DNA of 61,123 nucleotides from Bacteroidales bacterium (GTDB lineage Bacteria; Bacteroidota; Bacteroidia; Bacteroidales; WCHB1-69), in assembly GCA_031286285.1 (NCBI GenBank), contig JAITUN010000325.1, forward strand, positions 1 through 61,123. The letters are read 5' to 3'. Numbering within the stretch: the stretch's first letter is position 1; each line of letters starts with the position of its first letter. A program made the position numbers and the translations under genes. Shown one piece after another: positions 9,474 to 18,135 of the stretch. The notes beneath the pieces are model-generated. The model searched no databases, was not told the DNA's origin, and worked only from the letters and a program-made list of their open reading frames with translations.

Positions 9474-10515
9474 GGTTTTGTTTGAGTAAAGAAAATAGTT
9501 TTTCATTAAAAGCAGATTCATTTTCTAAAAAAGCAATTTCAATAGGAATTGTATCATATTCAGGCATGTTTTCAAAAGTTTGTAATCGGGTAGCATCTTT
9601 TTCAGTGGTAATAACGGTACAATTTTCACCGCCCAATTTTTCTTTCAGAAGAATTATTTTTTCTATATCTTTTCTTGTAAACGAGTGGTGGTCAGGGAAA
9701 TGAAGTTTGTGAATAGTTTGGTATTGAGTTTCTAAATATTTCACTAAAGGTACAGGGTTTGCAATACCGGTAATGAGAAGGCATTGAGAATTTTGAATTT
9801 CATCTTTTCGGTATGGCTGAAATTCTGCCTCAGTCGAACTATAGTTCTTATACTCTATCCTTGTAAAAAACACCTCTTGATATGGTTTTGGCTTCAGTTT
9901 TCTCAAAAATTGTTCTTTTTCTTTTTCTGATAATTTTTCAGGACACTTGGTAACAATAATAATATCGGCATATTTTGATGCGCAACTAAACTCTCTCAAA
10001 CTTCCGGATGGTAATGGGAAATCATTAAAGTAAGGGCGTTCAAATTCTGTTAGAAGTATTCTTAAAGAATAGTTTACGGATAAATGTTGGTATGCGTCAT
10101 CTAAAATAACGAGTTCTAATTCAGGATTTTTTTGTAGTAGTTTTTGGATGCCGATTTTCCTTTTCTCGCATACAGCAACCTCAATATTTGGAAATTTGGT
10201 AACATATTGCATCGGTTCATCGCCAATGATTTTGTAACTGAGGTTTTGTGTTTCGTGGGCATTGATATAACCTTTTGTTTTTCTTTTGTACCCACGACTT
10301 AATATGGCAACATTGTGATTTCGAGACAAAAGTTTTGCTATATATTCCACATGAGGGGTTTTTCCGGTACCACCCACCCGCAGATTGCCCACGCAAATAG
10401 TTGGAATTGTAAATGTTTCAGGAGTTTTATAGGAATTTCTGAGGAAAGCAGTTGTCATTCCATACACGATGGAAAGAGGAGAAAGGAGAATGGAGAATGG
10501 AGATTTGTTTTTCAT
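9466..10515 (-). CDS. lpxK: Tetraacyldisaccharide (lipid A) 4'-kinase
   Basis: VGNL.VGGTGKTP, SRGYKR, GDEP, LDDAYQH, P.G.LRE, GIANP, FPDHH, TTEKDA. The -7 box TACCTTTG (10520-10527) lies just before ATG 10515, so the mRNA is probably leaderless. Confidence 0.95.
   Translation of the reverse strand: MKNKSPFSILLSPLSIVYGMTTAFLRNSYKTPETFTIPTICVGNLRVGGTGKTPHVEYIAKLLSRNHNVAILSRGYKRKTKGYINAHETQNLSYKIIGDEPMQYVTKFPNIEVAVCEKRKIGIQKLLQKNPELELVILDDAYQHLSVNYSLRILLTEFERPYFNDFPLPSGSLREFSCASKYADIIIVTKCPEKLSEKEKEQFLRKLKPKPYQEVFFTRIEYKNYSSTEAEFQPYRKDEIQNSQCLLITGIANPVPLVKYLETQYQTIHKLHFPDHHSFTRKDIEKIILLKEKLGGENCTVITTEKDATRLQTFENMPEYDTIPIEIAFLENESAFNEKLFSLLKQNHA
10476..10503 (-). repeat. Heptamer tandem (TCTCCAT x2, TCTCCTT, TCTCCTC) encoding the LpxK N-terminus
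   Basis: Plus strand GAGGAGA AAGGAGA ATGGAGA ATGGAGA. Confidence 0.65.
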
Positions 10516-10626
10516 GGCGCAAAGGTAGAAAAAAGTTTCAGAAAAATATTGAATAATATTTTCATTCACATCTTTACTTATTTTGTGAACAAAAAAAGAT
10601 ATTTTTGCAACCCTTTAAAAAAAAGT

Positions 10627-11982
10627 ATGAAACGTGCCTTTCTTTTTTGTATTTTACTAATTATCAGTTTTTCTACTGCAATGGCACAGGTTTCAATTGA
10701 TGCCATTATTGCTATTATTGGAAAGGAAATCATATTACAATCAGATTTAGAAAAAGCCTATGCTGAATATGCTTCACAATTTGCTGTAAAAGATGAAGAT
10801 GAAGATGAAAAATGTAGTGTTTTTGAACATTTAGTTTATACTAAGCTAATGTTACATCAAGCTGATATTGATAGTATTGTGATTACAGACAAGCAAGTAG
10901 AAGCTGCTCTTAATGCCCGTATTAACTATTATCTCCAATTGACAGGCGGGGACTCAAGAGTGATTGAAAAGCATTTTGGCAAAAACATCGCTGAAATAAA
11001 AAATGATTTACGTGGAATTGTTCGCGATCAAATGTATGTAGAAGAGATACAAGAAAAAATTACCTCTAATATTTCGGTAACCCCCTCTGAAGTAAAATCT
11101 TTTGTGAACAGATATGGAGTGGATAGTATGCGGATTATTCCGGCTACTTATGAATTTGGACATATCTTAAAAACACCTCTTGTAAGTTTGGATGAAATTT
11201 CCGGCATTAAAGATAGGTTAGAAAGTTATAGAGAAAGGGCGCTCCGTAGCGATAAAAAGGAGCAGGAATTTAAAGTACTTGCAAATTTGTATTCCGATGA
11301 CCCGGGTACAGCCTCTAAAGGAGGAAATTTAGGATTTGTTGAACGTGGTACGCTCTACCCTGAATTTGAAGCCGTTGCCTTTAACCTCAAATCGGGTGAA
11401 ATCTCGCATGTGGTGAAAACTAAAGCCGGATACCACATTATACAACTCATTGAACGTAGAGGAGAATCGGTTAATGTTTCCCATATTTTACTTCAACCAA
11501 AACCCTCTTCCGAAGAACAAGTAAAAACAATAGAATATTTAGACAGTATTAAAAAAGTAATTTTAGATAAGAAAATCGATTTTAGCGATGCGGCTTTATT
11601 GTTTTCCGATGACCCAAATAAAATTAGCGGCGGATGGGTTATAAATCCATATTCACTTTCTACAAAATTTGACCAAGAATCTTTAGAACCAACTACATTT
11701 GCGACTTTAAACAGACTTATCCCCGGAGAATACTCATCTCCTATTATCTATATTGATGAAGACGGAATAGTCTCCTATCGTTTATTGTACTTGAGAAGTA
11801 AAGTCGCACCCCATAAAGCAAATTTAGTTGAAGATTATGACGTTATTAAGAACGACGCTTTAGATGAAAAGAAAAGCAAAGCTATTGAAAAATGGATTAT
11901 TAATAAAGTTAAAACAACAAGTATTCAAATAAAAGAAAAATATAAAAATTGCGACTTTATGTCACGTTGGCAAATTAATTAA
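10627..11982 (+). CDS. surA: SurA-like periplasmic chaperone / parvulin PPIase
   Basis: Signal MKRAFLFC...AMA-Q; ID.IIA.IG..IIL.SD; rotamase motifs YSDDPGTASKGG.LG, PEFE..AF.L, GYHIIQ. -7 box at 10600-10607 supports ATG 10627. Confidence 0.85.
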   Translation: MKRAFLFCILLIISFSTAMAQVSIDAIIAIIGKEIILQSDLEKAYAEYASQFAVKDEDEDEKCSVFEHLVYTKLMLHQADIDSIVITDKQVEAALNARINYYLQLTGGDSRVIEKHFGKNIAEIKNDLRGIVRDQMYVEEIQEKITSNISVTPSEVKSFVNRYGVDSMRIIPATYEFGHILKTPLVSLDEISGIKDRLESYRERALRSDKKEQEFKVLANLYSDDPGTASKGGNLGFVERGTLYPEFEAVAFNLKSGEISHVVKTKAGYHIIQLIERRGESVNVSHILLQPKPSSEEQVKTIEYLDSIKKVILDKKIDFSDAALLFSDDPNKISGGWVINPYSLSTKFDQESLEPTTFATLNRLIPGEYSSPIIYIDEDGIVSYRLLYLRSKVAPHKANLVEDYDVIKNDALDEKKSKAIEKWIINKVKTTSIQIKEKYKNCDFMSRWQIN

Positions 11983-11993
11983 CTTAACTTACT

Positions 11994-12968
11994 ATGAATA
12001 TTCAATTTAAAAATGATGTAGAAGCCATTGAAGCTTTTGTGGAAAAATACGATGCGTTAAAAAAAGAGATTGCAAAAGTAATTGTTGGTCAGGATGACAC
12101 TGTAAAAAATGTACTTATGGTACTCTTTAGCCGAAGCCATGCCTTGCTAATTGGAGTGCCTGGATTAGCTAAAACGTTGATGATTACAACTATTGCAAAA
12201 ACAATCAACTTGACTTATAACCGTATCCAATTTACCCCAGACTTGATGCCATCGGATATTATGGGTACTGAAATTTTGGACGAAAATAGAAAATTTAAGT
12301 TTGTAAAAGGTCCCGTTTTTGCAAATATCGTTTTGGCAGATGAAATTAACCGTACTCCACCAAAAACCCAGTCCGCACTATTAGAAGCGATGCAGGAACG
12401 TTCCGTAAGTATGAATGCCATTACTTACACTCTGCCCGACCCTTTCTTTGTTCTGGCTACTCAAAACCCTATCGAACAAGAAGGAACTTACCCGCTCCCC
12501 GAAGCACAACAAGACCGATTCATGTTTAACATTTATTTAGATTATCCCTCTTTTCAAGAAGAAGTAGATATTGTGAAAACAACTATTCACGGGGATATGA
12601 ACGAACCAAAACAAATTTTATCTATTGAGGAGATTATTTTCTATCAAAAACTACTTCAAAAAGTGCCTATTGCAGAAAATGTGTATGAATATGCGGTCCG
12701 TTTGGCTACCTTAACTCGTCCTTTTACCGGTACAGGACATCAATGGGCAAAGGATTATTTAGCTTGGGGCTCAGGTCCTAGGGCTTCTCAATTTTTAATT
12801 ATCGGGGCGAGAACCCATGCCATCCTTTCCGGAAAACTATCCCCCGATATTGAAGATGTTAGAGCCGTAGCACACAATATTTTAAGACATCGTATCATCA
12901 AAAATTATAAAGCTGAGGCAGAAGGAATTACCGTAGATGATATTATCAACAAACTGTTGTATGAATAA
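11994..12968 (+). CDS. MoxR-family AAA+ ATPase
   Basis: GVPGLAKT, RIQFTPDLMPSDI, LADEINRTPPKTQSALLEAMQE, ATQNPIEQEGTYPLPEAQ.DRF. Confidence 0.95.
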   Translation: MNIQFKNDVEAIEAFVEKYDALKKEIAKVIVGQDDTVKNVLMVLFSRSHALLIGVPGLAKTLMITTIAKTINLTYNRIQFTPDLMPSDIMGTEILDENRKFKFVKGPVFANIVLADEINRTPPKTQSALLEAMQERSVSMNAITYTLPDPFFVLATQNPIEQEGTYPLPEAQQDRFMFNIYLDYPSFQEEVDIVKTTIHGDMNEPKQILSIEEIIFYQKLLQKVPIAENVYEYAVRLATLTRPFTGTGHQWAKDYLAWGSGPRASQFLIIGARTHAILSGKLSPDIEDVRAVAHNILRHRIIKNYKAEAEGITVDDIINKLLYE

Positions 12969-13737
12969 TACATATTATATTGATTCTCACGCCCATCTTT
13001 ATAGAGAATATTATCCCAACGACTTTCCGGAAGTGATTCAACGCGCCATTGACTATCGTGTTGAAAAAGTAATTTTACCCTGTGTTTCAGCCGAATCTAT
13101 TCCCGATATTTTTGAAGCAGTTCAACAATTTCCAAACCATCTTTTTCCACTCATCGGATTACACCCCACCGATGTTAACAGAAATTACAAAAATCAGTTA
13201 ACTGTGTTGGAAAAACATTTGGAAGACCAGTCTGTAGTAGGAATTGGGGAAACCGGAATTGATTTATATCATGATAAAACTTATTTCGCCGAACAGCTCA
13301 TCGCTTTTGAAACGCAATTACATTGGGCAAAAGAAACCCAACTACCGATCTCTGTTCATATTCGAGATGGTTTTAATGACGCATTATCTGTGTTAAAAAA
13401 GTTTAAAAGTGCATCTTTGCAAGGTGTTTTGCACTGTTTCTCGGGCGGCATTCAGGAAGCCAAATGGGCGATAGATAACGGGTTTTTACTGGGTATCAGC
13501 GGTGTAGTTACTTTCAAGAAAAATAGATTGCAAGATATTATAAAGGAAGTTGGAATTAATGCGTTGGCATTAGAAACCGACGCACCTTTTTTAGCTCCCG
13601 ATCCTTATCGCGGAAAACGCAACGAAAGCGCCTACATTCCGCTCATTGCAGAAAAAATTGCCGCTGTGTTGGAAATTTCCGTTAATGAAGTTATGACTAC
13701 CACTACAAAAAATGTAGAAGCAATATTTAAGTTGTAA
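12961..13737 (+). CDS. tatD: TatD-family hydrolase/DNase
   Basis: DSHAH, GLHP, IGETGID, H.R, HCFSG, LETDAPFLAP.P.RGKRNE. Start at ATG 12961 overlaps the moxR stop. Confidence 0.9.
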   Translation: MNNTYYIDSHAHLYREYYPNDFPEVIQRAIDYRVEKVILPCVSAESIPDIFEAVQQFPNHLFPLIGLHPTDVNRNYKNQLTVLEKHLEDQSVVGIGETGIDLYHDKTYFAEQLIAFETQLHWAKETQLPISVHIRDGFNDALSVLKKFKSASLQGVLHCFSGGIQEAKWAIDNGFLLGISGVVTFKKNRLQDIIKEVGINALALETDAPFLAPDPYRGKRNESAYIPLIAEKIAAVLEISVNEVMTTTTKNVEAIFKL

Positions 13738-13741
13738 CATT

Positions 13742-14386
13742 TTACTGCGTAAACACATACATCAAAATATTGGCGCCCATTTGCAGCGCTTTAGTTCGTG
13801 TAGCTTCCGAGTCTTTATGCACAGAATAGTCTTCCCAACCATCTCCGAGATCGCATTCATAAGAATAAAAGCAAATCAGGCGTCCTTCCCAAAACAAACC
13901 GAACCCTTGCGGAGGTTTATTATCGTGTTCATGAATTTTGGGCAACCCGTTAGGAAAGTTGTATTTTTGGTGAAAAATTGGGTGATTATAAGGAAGTTCA
14001 ACAAAATCAAATTCGGGGAAAACCTGCTTCATCGCTATACGAATATATTTATCCAACCCATAGTTATCGTCAATATGTAGAAACCCTCCTGCAATCAAGT
14101 AGTTGCGTAAATTTTGGGCTTCGGAATCGCTAAACACTACATTTCCATGTCCGGTAAGATGCACAAAAGGATAACGATACAGATCCGGACTGCCCACCTC
14201 TACCACTTCATATTTAGGGTTCAACGTCATTCCCAAATTTTGATTGCAGAAAGCAATTAGATTTTTGAGCGAAGTGGGGTTGGCGTACCAGTCGCCACCA
14301 CCGCGATATTGAATTAATGCGATTTGCTGCGCACTAAGCAGGTTTACAAAAAGTAAGGTTGTCAATATTAAAAATGTCTTTTTCAA
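13742..14386 (-). CDS. Exported DUF4159-family protein
   Basis: Signal peptide; Y.GGGDWYANPTSL.NL, TGHGNV, GGFLHIDDNYG, LPKIHEHD, DLGDGWED. Confidence 0.8.
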   Translation of the reverse strand: MKKTFLILTTLLFVNLLSAQQIALIQYRGGGDWYANPTSLKNLIAFCNQNLGMTLNPKYEVVEVGSPDLYRYPFVHLTGHGNVVFSDSEAQNLRNYLIAGGFLHIDDNYGLDKYIRIAMKQVFPEFDFVELPYNHPIFHQKYNFPNGLPKIHEHDNKPPQGFGLFWEGRLICFYSYECDLGDGWEDYSVHKDSEATRTKALQMGANILMYVFTQ

Positions 14387-14589
14387 TGCTTTTACGATTT
14401 AGAATAAAATAGATAACAAATAAACTTTTTTTTAAACGAAAAACATAATAATTATTGCATTCTTTAATTTTATATAATACAAATTACACACTATTTATTT
14501 AAAATGAGTAACAAAAATATTAAACAATTATTTTCTTATTCTGTGCGAAAACTTTTTTTCTTATTTTTACGCGCTCAAAAGAAAGAGAG

Positions 14590-14677
14590 GGAGAGATGGC
14601 CGAGTGGTTGAAGGCGCACGCCTGGAAAGTGTGTAAACGCCGAAAGCGTTTCAAGGGTTCGAATCCCTTTCTCTCCG
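14590..14677 (+). tRNA. tRNA-Ser(GGA)
   Basis: Acceptor stem GGAGAGA/TCTCTCC, D-arm GGCCGAGTGGTTGAAGGC, anticodon arm CACGC-CTGGAAA-GTGTG, long variable arm AAACGC-CGAAA-GCGTTT, T-loop GTTCGAATC, G discriminator; CCA not encoded. Confidence 0.97.
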
Positions 14678-14754
14678 CACTATAAATGACGTTAAATAAA
14701 CAAATTATAAACTTAAATAAACAATTAATCATTAATTTAAAACGTACAGTTATT

Positions 14755-15555
14755 ATGAAAAAACTAATCGCTTTATTAACCATTACCGGAATTTTAGTTT
14801 TCGGTATGATGCACTTTTCTTTTGCAGAAAATGACAAAAATGCGGCTGATTCCGCAAAAATTGAACAAACAGATGCTACTAATGTGAGCCAAGGTTCTAC
14901 TATTGAAGATAGCGATGACCAACTCCAACAGAGTTTGCACTATGTCCTAAAAAACAAATTTATTGAAGGTGGCGCTATTTGGATGACCCCAATCCTTTTG
15001 TGTATGATCTTCGGATTGGCTTTCGTAATTGAAAGAATTTTTTACTTAAACTTAGCTTCTGTTAATTCGAAAAAATTATTGAGCAAATTAGACGCTGCAT
15101 TGAAATCGGGTGGTATTGAAAAAGCAAAACAAGTATGCAGAGACACTAAAGGACCTTTGGCGGGTGTTTTTTATCAAGGACTAGACCGCGCCGATGAGGG
15201 TATTGAATCCATTGAAAAAGCAGTAGTTGCTTACGGTGGTGTGCAAATGGGAAAATTGGAAAGCAACTTGAGTTGGATCTCCCTCTGTTTGTCATTAGCC
15301 CCCATGTTAGGATTCTTGGGTACGGTTGTTGGAATGGTTTTTGCTTTCGACGATATTGAAAGAGCAGGAGATATCTCCCCAACTATTGTCGCAGGAGGTA
15401 TGAAAGTAGCGCTTTTAACAACGGTATTTGGTTTGATTACTGCAATTATCCTTCAATTCTTCTATAACTATATTTTATCCAAAATTGATACTATTGTTGG
15501 CGATATGGAAGATGCCACTATCTCTTTTATGGATATTATGATTAAAAATAAATAA
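14755..15555 (+). CDS. exbB: MotA/TolQ/ExbB proton channel protein
   Basis: FIEGG..WM.PIL, APMLGFLGTV.GM..AF, GDISP..VAGG..VALLTT..GL. Start at ATG 14755. Confidence 0.9.
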   Translation: MKKLIALLTITGILVFGMMHFSFAENDKNAADSAKIEQTDATNVSQGSTIEDSDDQLQQSLHYVLKNKFIEGGAIWMTPILLCMIFGLAFVIERIFYLNLASVNSKKLLSKLDAALKSGGIEKAKQVCRDTKGPLAGVFYQGLDRADEGIESIEKAVVAYGGVQMGKLESNLSWISLCLSLAPMLGFLGTVVGMVFAFDDIERAGDISPTIVAGGMKVALLTTVFGLITAIILQFFYNYILSKIDTIVGDMEDATISFMDIMIKNK

Positions 15556-15587
15556 TTAATTCTCTCACATAATAAATATAGTGTAAT

Positions 15588-16529
15588 ATGAGAAAAATTA
15601 TAAACATTACCATATTTTCTATCGCTGGGTTGGCAGCACTCTTGGCGGTGTTATTCGGTTTTGGATTCAATCAAGATGCACAAGACCAATTTTTTAACAC
15701 CGTTAGTGTGAAAACAAACAACCCCCAAATGCTCACTGATTTGCAGAACGCAACCGCTGAGACCCTCCCCGCTTTTGTTTCTAACTATCAAGAAATCATT
15801 AGTACAAGTAACGCCGAACTGAAAAAACAAAAAAATCAAATTGACATTTTCTATACTTTTGTATATAAATTAAGAGATATTATTGATAAAGAAACTTTTG
15901 ATAGTTTTAAGGCAAAATTTCCTGAGTATGCCAAATCTTTGTTCGCTTCAGCCGACAATAAAGACGATTTGATCAATGGCTTTAATAAAGTAAACGATTT
16001 TTCCGAATTTCAATCTTATTATAGTAAACTAAAAACCGAATACACAATAGTTCGTCAAAATTATTTAATAAAGTCAAGTAATATTAAATCTGAAACAAAT
16101 CTATTAAAACAAATTAACGATATTGCTTCGTTAGTTAATTCTGATAAAAAACAAAATGAATTGAGTGGGTTTCAGAAAAGTATTAAATCTTTTCAAACAG
16201 AATCCATGGAGTTTAATATTACCATGAATATTTTCTATTTTCTATTTTTTGTAACAGTAATCGTAATGTTATTTTTCTTGTTGTGGAATATATTTGTAAA
16301 TATTAAAAGTAATGTTTCTTTATTAGCTGGAGTAGGTGTATTATTGTTATTAGTAATTATCGGTTATTTGATTTCAACTTCAGAGCTTCCTCCTGTCGCT
16401 AAGCAGTTAGATGTAAGTACCGTGAAATGGATTAACGCAGGATTATTTACTTTCTACTGCATGTTTTTTGGAACTATAACAGCCATTGTTGTTACATTAA
16501 TTCTTGGTGTAATTAAAAAAATAAGATAA
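15588..16529 (+). CDS. Membrane protein in the exbB-exbD operon with a large helical extracytoplasmic loop
   Basis: N-terminal TM, about 180-aa amphipathic helical segment, then three TMs ending KW...GL..FY. Confidence 0.75.
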   Translation: MRKIINITIFSIAGLAALLAVLFGFGFNQDAQDQFFNTVSVKTNNPQMLTDLQNATAETLPAFVSNYQEIISTSNAELKKQKNQIDIFYTFVYKLRDIIDKETFDSFKAKFPEYAKSLFASADNKDDLINGFNKVNDFSEFQSYYSKLKTEYTIVRQNYLIKSSNIKSETNLLKQINDIASLVNSDKKQNELSGFQKSIKSFQTESMEFNITMNIFYFLFFVTVIVMLFFLLWNIFVNIKSNVSLLAGVGVLLLLVIIGYLISTSELPPVAKQLDVSTVKWINAGLFTFYCMFFGTITAIVVTLILGVIKKIR

Positions 16530-16530
16530 T

Positions 16531-17103
16531 ATGGCAAAACGCAAAACCCCAGGAATTAATACCGGTTCAATGGCAGATATCTCTTTTTTGCTGTTGACGT
16601 TCTTCTTATTGACTTCTTCGATAAACACAGAACAGGGAATTCCAAGACGTTTGCCGCCTCCAAGCGAGGAAAAAACAAAAGTTGATATTAATAAAAGGAA
16701 TGTGTTTTCTGTTACTGTTAATTTTAATGATGAAATTTTTGCAGGTGGCGAAATCATTCCACTTAATCAACTTACTAATAGAGCAAAAGAGTTTTTGGAA
16801 AACCCATTAAATGCTTCACACCTGCCTGAAAAGGAAATTAAACTTATTGAAAATATGGGCGAATACCCTATTTCTAAAGGTGTACTCTCTCTTACTAACG
16901 ACCAAAGTACGTCGTATAATATGTATGTTCAGGTGCAAAACGAGTTGCAAAGAGCGGTAAACGAACTTCGCGATAAAGTTTCAGTACAGTATTTCGGAAG
17001 AGTATATGAAAAATTGGATACCTCTTTGCAAAAATCTATCCAAAAAGCTGTACCTATGAATATTTCAGAAGCGCCACCCAATACTTATGGTAAAACAGAA
17101 TAA
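16531..17103 (+). CDS. exbD: ExbD/TolR family protein
   Basis: INTGSMADISFLLLTFFL, GI.RRLPP, Y..Y..VQNEL, ISEA. Confidence 0.9.
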   Translation: MAKRKTPGINTGSMADISFLLLTFFLLTSSINTEQGIPRRLPPPSEEKTKVDINKRNVFSVTVNFNDEIFAGGEIIPLNQLTNRAKEFLENPLNASHLPEKEIKLIENMGEYPISKGVLSLTNDQSTSYNMYVQVQNELQRAVNELRDKVSVQYFGRVYEKLDTSLQKSIQKAVPMNISEAPPNTYGKTE

Positions 17104-17121
17104 TTAAGAAAGGAAAAAATT

Positions 17122-17616
17122 ATGGCACGTTTTATAAAAGAAGGAAAAAAAAGTGTACCGGAAATCAATACCGGTTCTATGTCTGACATTATTTTTATGT
17201 TCTTATTCTTTTTTATGGTAATCACCAATATGAGAGAATCTGATATTAAAGTAAAGTTTTCAACTCCAAACGCCTCTGAAATTCAAAAATTAGAAAAAAA
17301 ATCATTAGTAGCTACCATATATATTGGTACGCCTAAAAGTAAAAACGAAAATACACTTCCTCCCGGGAAAGTGTCCATACAATTAAATGACCAAACCGTA
17401 AAACAGGAAAATTTGGTTAATGATGTGCGCGACTTTATCGCTACTGAAAAGGAATCTCGTAATGAAGAAGACAAACAAAAACTTACATTTTCTATTAAAG
17501 CCGATAAAGATATTCAAATGCGGTATATCAATTTAATAAAAGGAGAACTCCGTGCAAATAATGCATTAAAAATTAATTATGCTACAGGAAAGAAAATCAA
17601 TATGAATGAAGAGTAG
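17122..17616 (+). CDS. exbD: ExbD/TolR family protein (second paralogue)
   Basis: SMSDIIFMFLFFFMV, IKADK...M..I..IK.ELR..NALKINY. Confidence 0.9.
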   Translation: MARFIKEGKKSVPEINTGSMSDIIFMFLFFFMVITNMRESDIKVKFSTPNASEIQKLEKKSLVATIYIGTPKSKNENTLPPGKVSIQLNDQTVKQENLVNDVRDFIATEKESRNEEDKQKLTFSIKADKDIQMRYINLIKGELRANNALKINYATGKKINMNEE

Positions 17617-17640
17617 ATTTAAGCTAGAACCCTAAGTTAT

Positions 17641-17669
17641 AGGCGGAAATTGAAATTCCGCCTTTTTTT
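17641..17669 (+). terminator. Rho-independent terminator after exbD
   Basis: AGGCGGAA-attgaaa-TTCCGCCT followed by a T-tract. Confidence 0.85.
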
Positions 17670-18027
17670 ATTTCATTGATTTTAACGCTTTTGCCAACTG
17701 GTCCGGACAGGAAGTCGTTTTGTCTCCGCAGATAATCCCTTCCAATTTTGCAATCGCAGAATCTATCTGCATCCCTTCAGCTAATCTTGACACTCCTTGC
17801 GTATTACCCGCACACCCCTTGGTGATTTTTATGCTTCGAATTGTATCATTTACCACAGAAATATCAAACTGCTTGCTGCAAACTCCTTCCGGAATATAGG
17901 TAATATTTTTTGTTATCATCTCTTTTTGATTTAATTTGGTTTGATTATTACAATTTAATATGCAGAATGCGAAAACTGCTAATATTATTAATTTTGAATT
18001 TTGAATTTTGAGTTTTGAATTATTCAT
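17668..18027 (-). CDS. TIGR03905-like TSCPD-domain protein with possible lipoprotein-like N-terminal extension (alternative start 17919)
   Basis: Y.P.GVCS..., GC.GN.QG...L.EGM, L.GI.CG.K.TSCPDQLAKAL. Confidence 0.85.
   Translation of the reverse strand: MNNSKLKIQNSKLIILAVFAFCILNCNNQTKLNQKEMITKNITYIPEGVCSKQFDISVVNDTIRSIKITKGCAGNTQGVSRLAEGMQIDSAIAKLEGIICGDKTTSCPDQLAKALKSMK
17954..18019. repeat. Heptamer tandem TTTTGAA x4 (17992-18019) with a degenerate inverted arm (17954-17974)
   Basis: TTTTGAA TTTTGAA TTTTGAG TTTTGAA; opposite arm TTTAATA TGCAGAA TGCGAAA. Confidence 0.7.
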
Positions 18028-18040
18028 ATTTATTTTTTAA

Positions 18041-18075
18041 GCACAGAGACACAAAGAACACAAAGTTTCACAGAG
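18041..18075 (+). repeat. Intergenic copy of the CACAAAG/CACAGAG repeat family
   Basis: GCACAGAGACACAAAGAACACAAAGTTTCACAGAG; same units as the hydF and addB-like copies. Confidence 0.75.
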
Positions 18076-18091
18076 ATTTTTATACTTAATC

Positions 18092-18117
18092 GTCATTTCG
18101 AGCGAAGCGAGAAGTCT
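18092..18117 (+). repeat. REP-like mini-palindrome GTCATTTCGAGCGAAGCGAGAAGTCT
   Basis: GC-rich GTCATT-led stem-loop with a GAA loop in an AT-rich spacer; resembles GTCATT-type palindromic elements seen in many bacteria (recognition from memory). Confidence 0.55.
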
Positions 18118-18135
18118 TGACCCAAACCGTAATTT

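Noticed and set aside
10315-10626. Long N-terminal extension of SurA overlapping lpxK
   Set aside because: ORF-caller extension; a -7 box at 10600-10607 and a signal peptide support ATG 10627.
14692-14724. Direct repeat TTAAATAAACAA x2 after the tRNA as an att site
   Set aside because: AT-rich, not a copy of the tRNA 3' end, and no integrase; the downstream genes are the expected core operon.
14520-14837. 105-aa minus-strand ORF
   Set aside because: Antisense shadow of tRNA-Ser and the exbB start.
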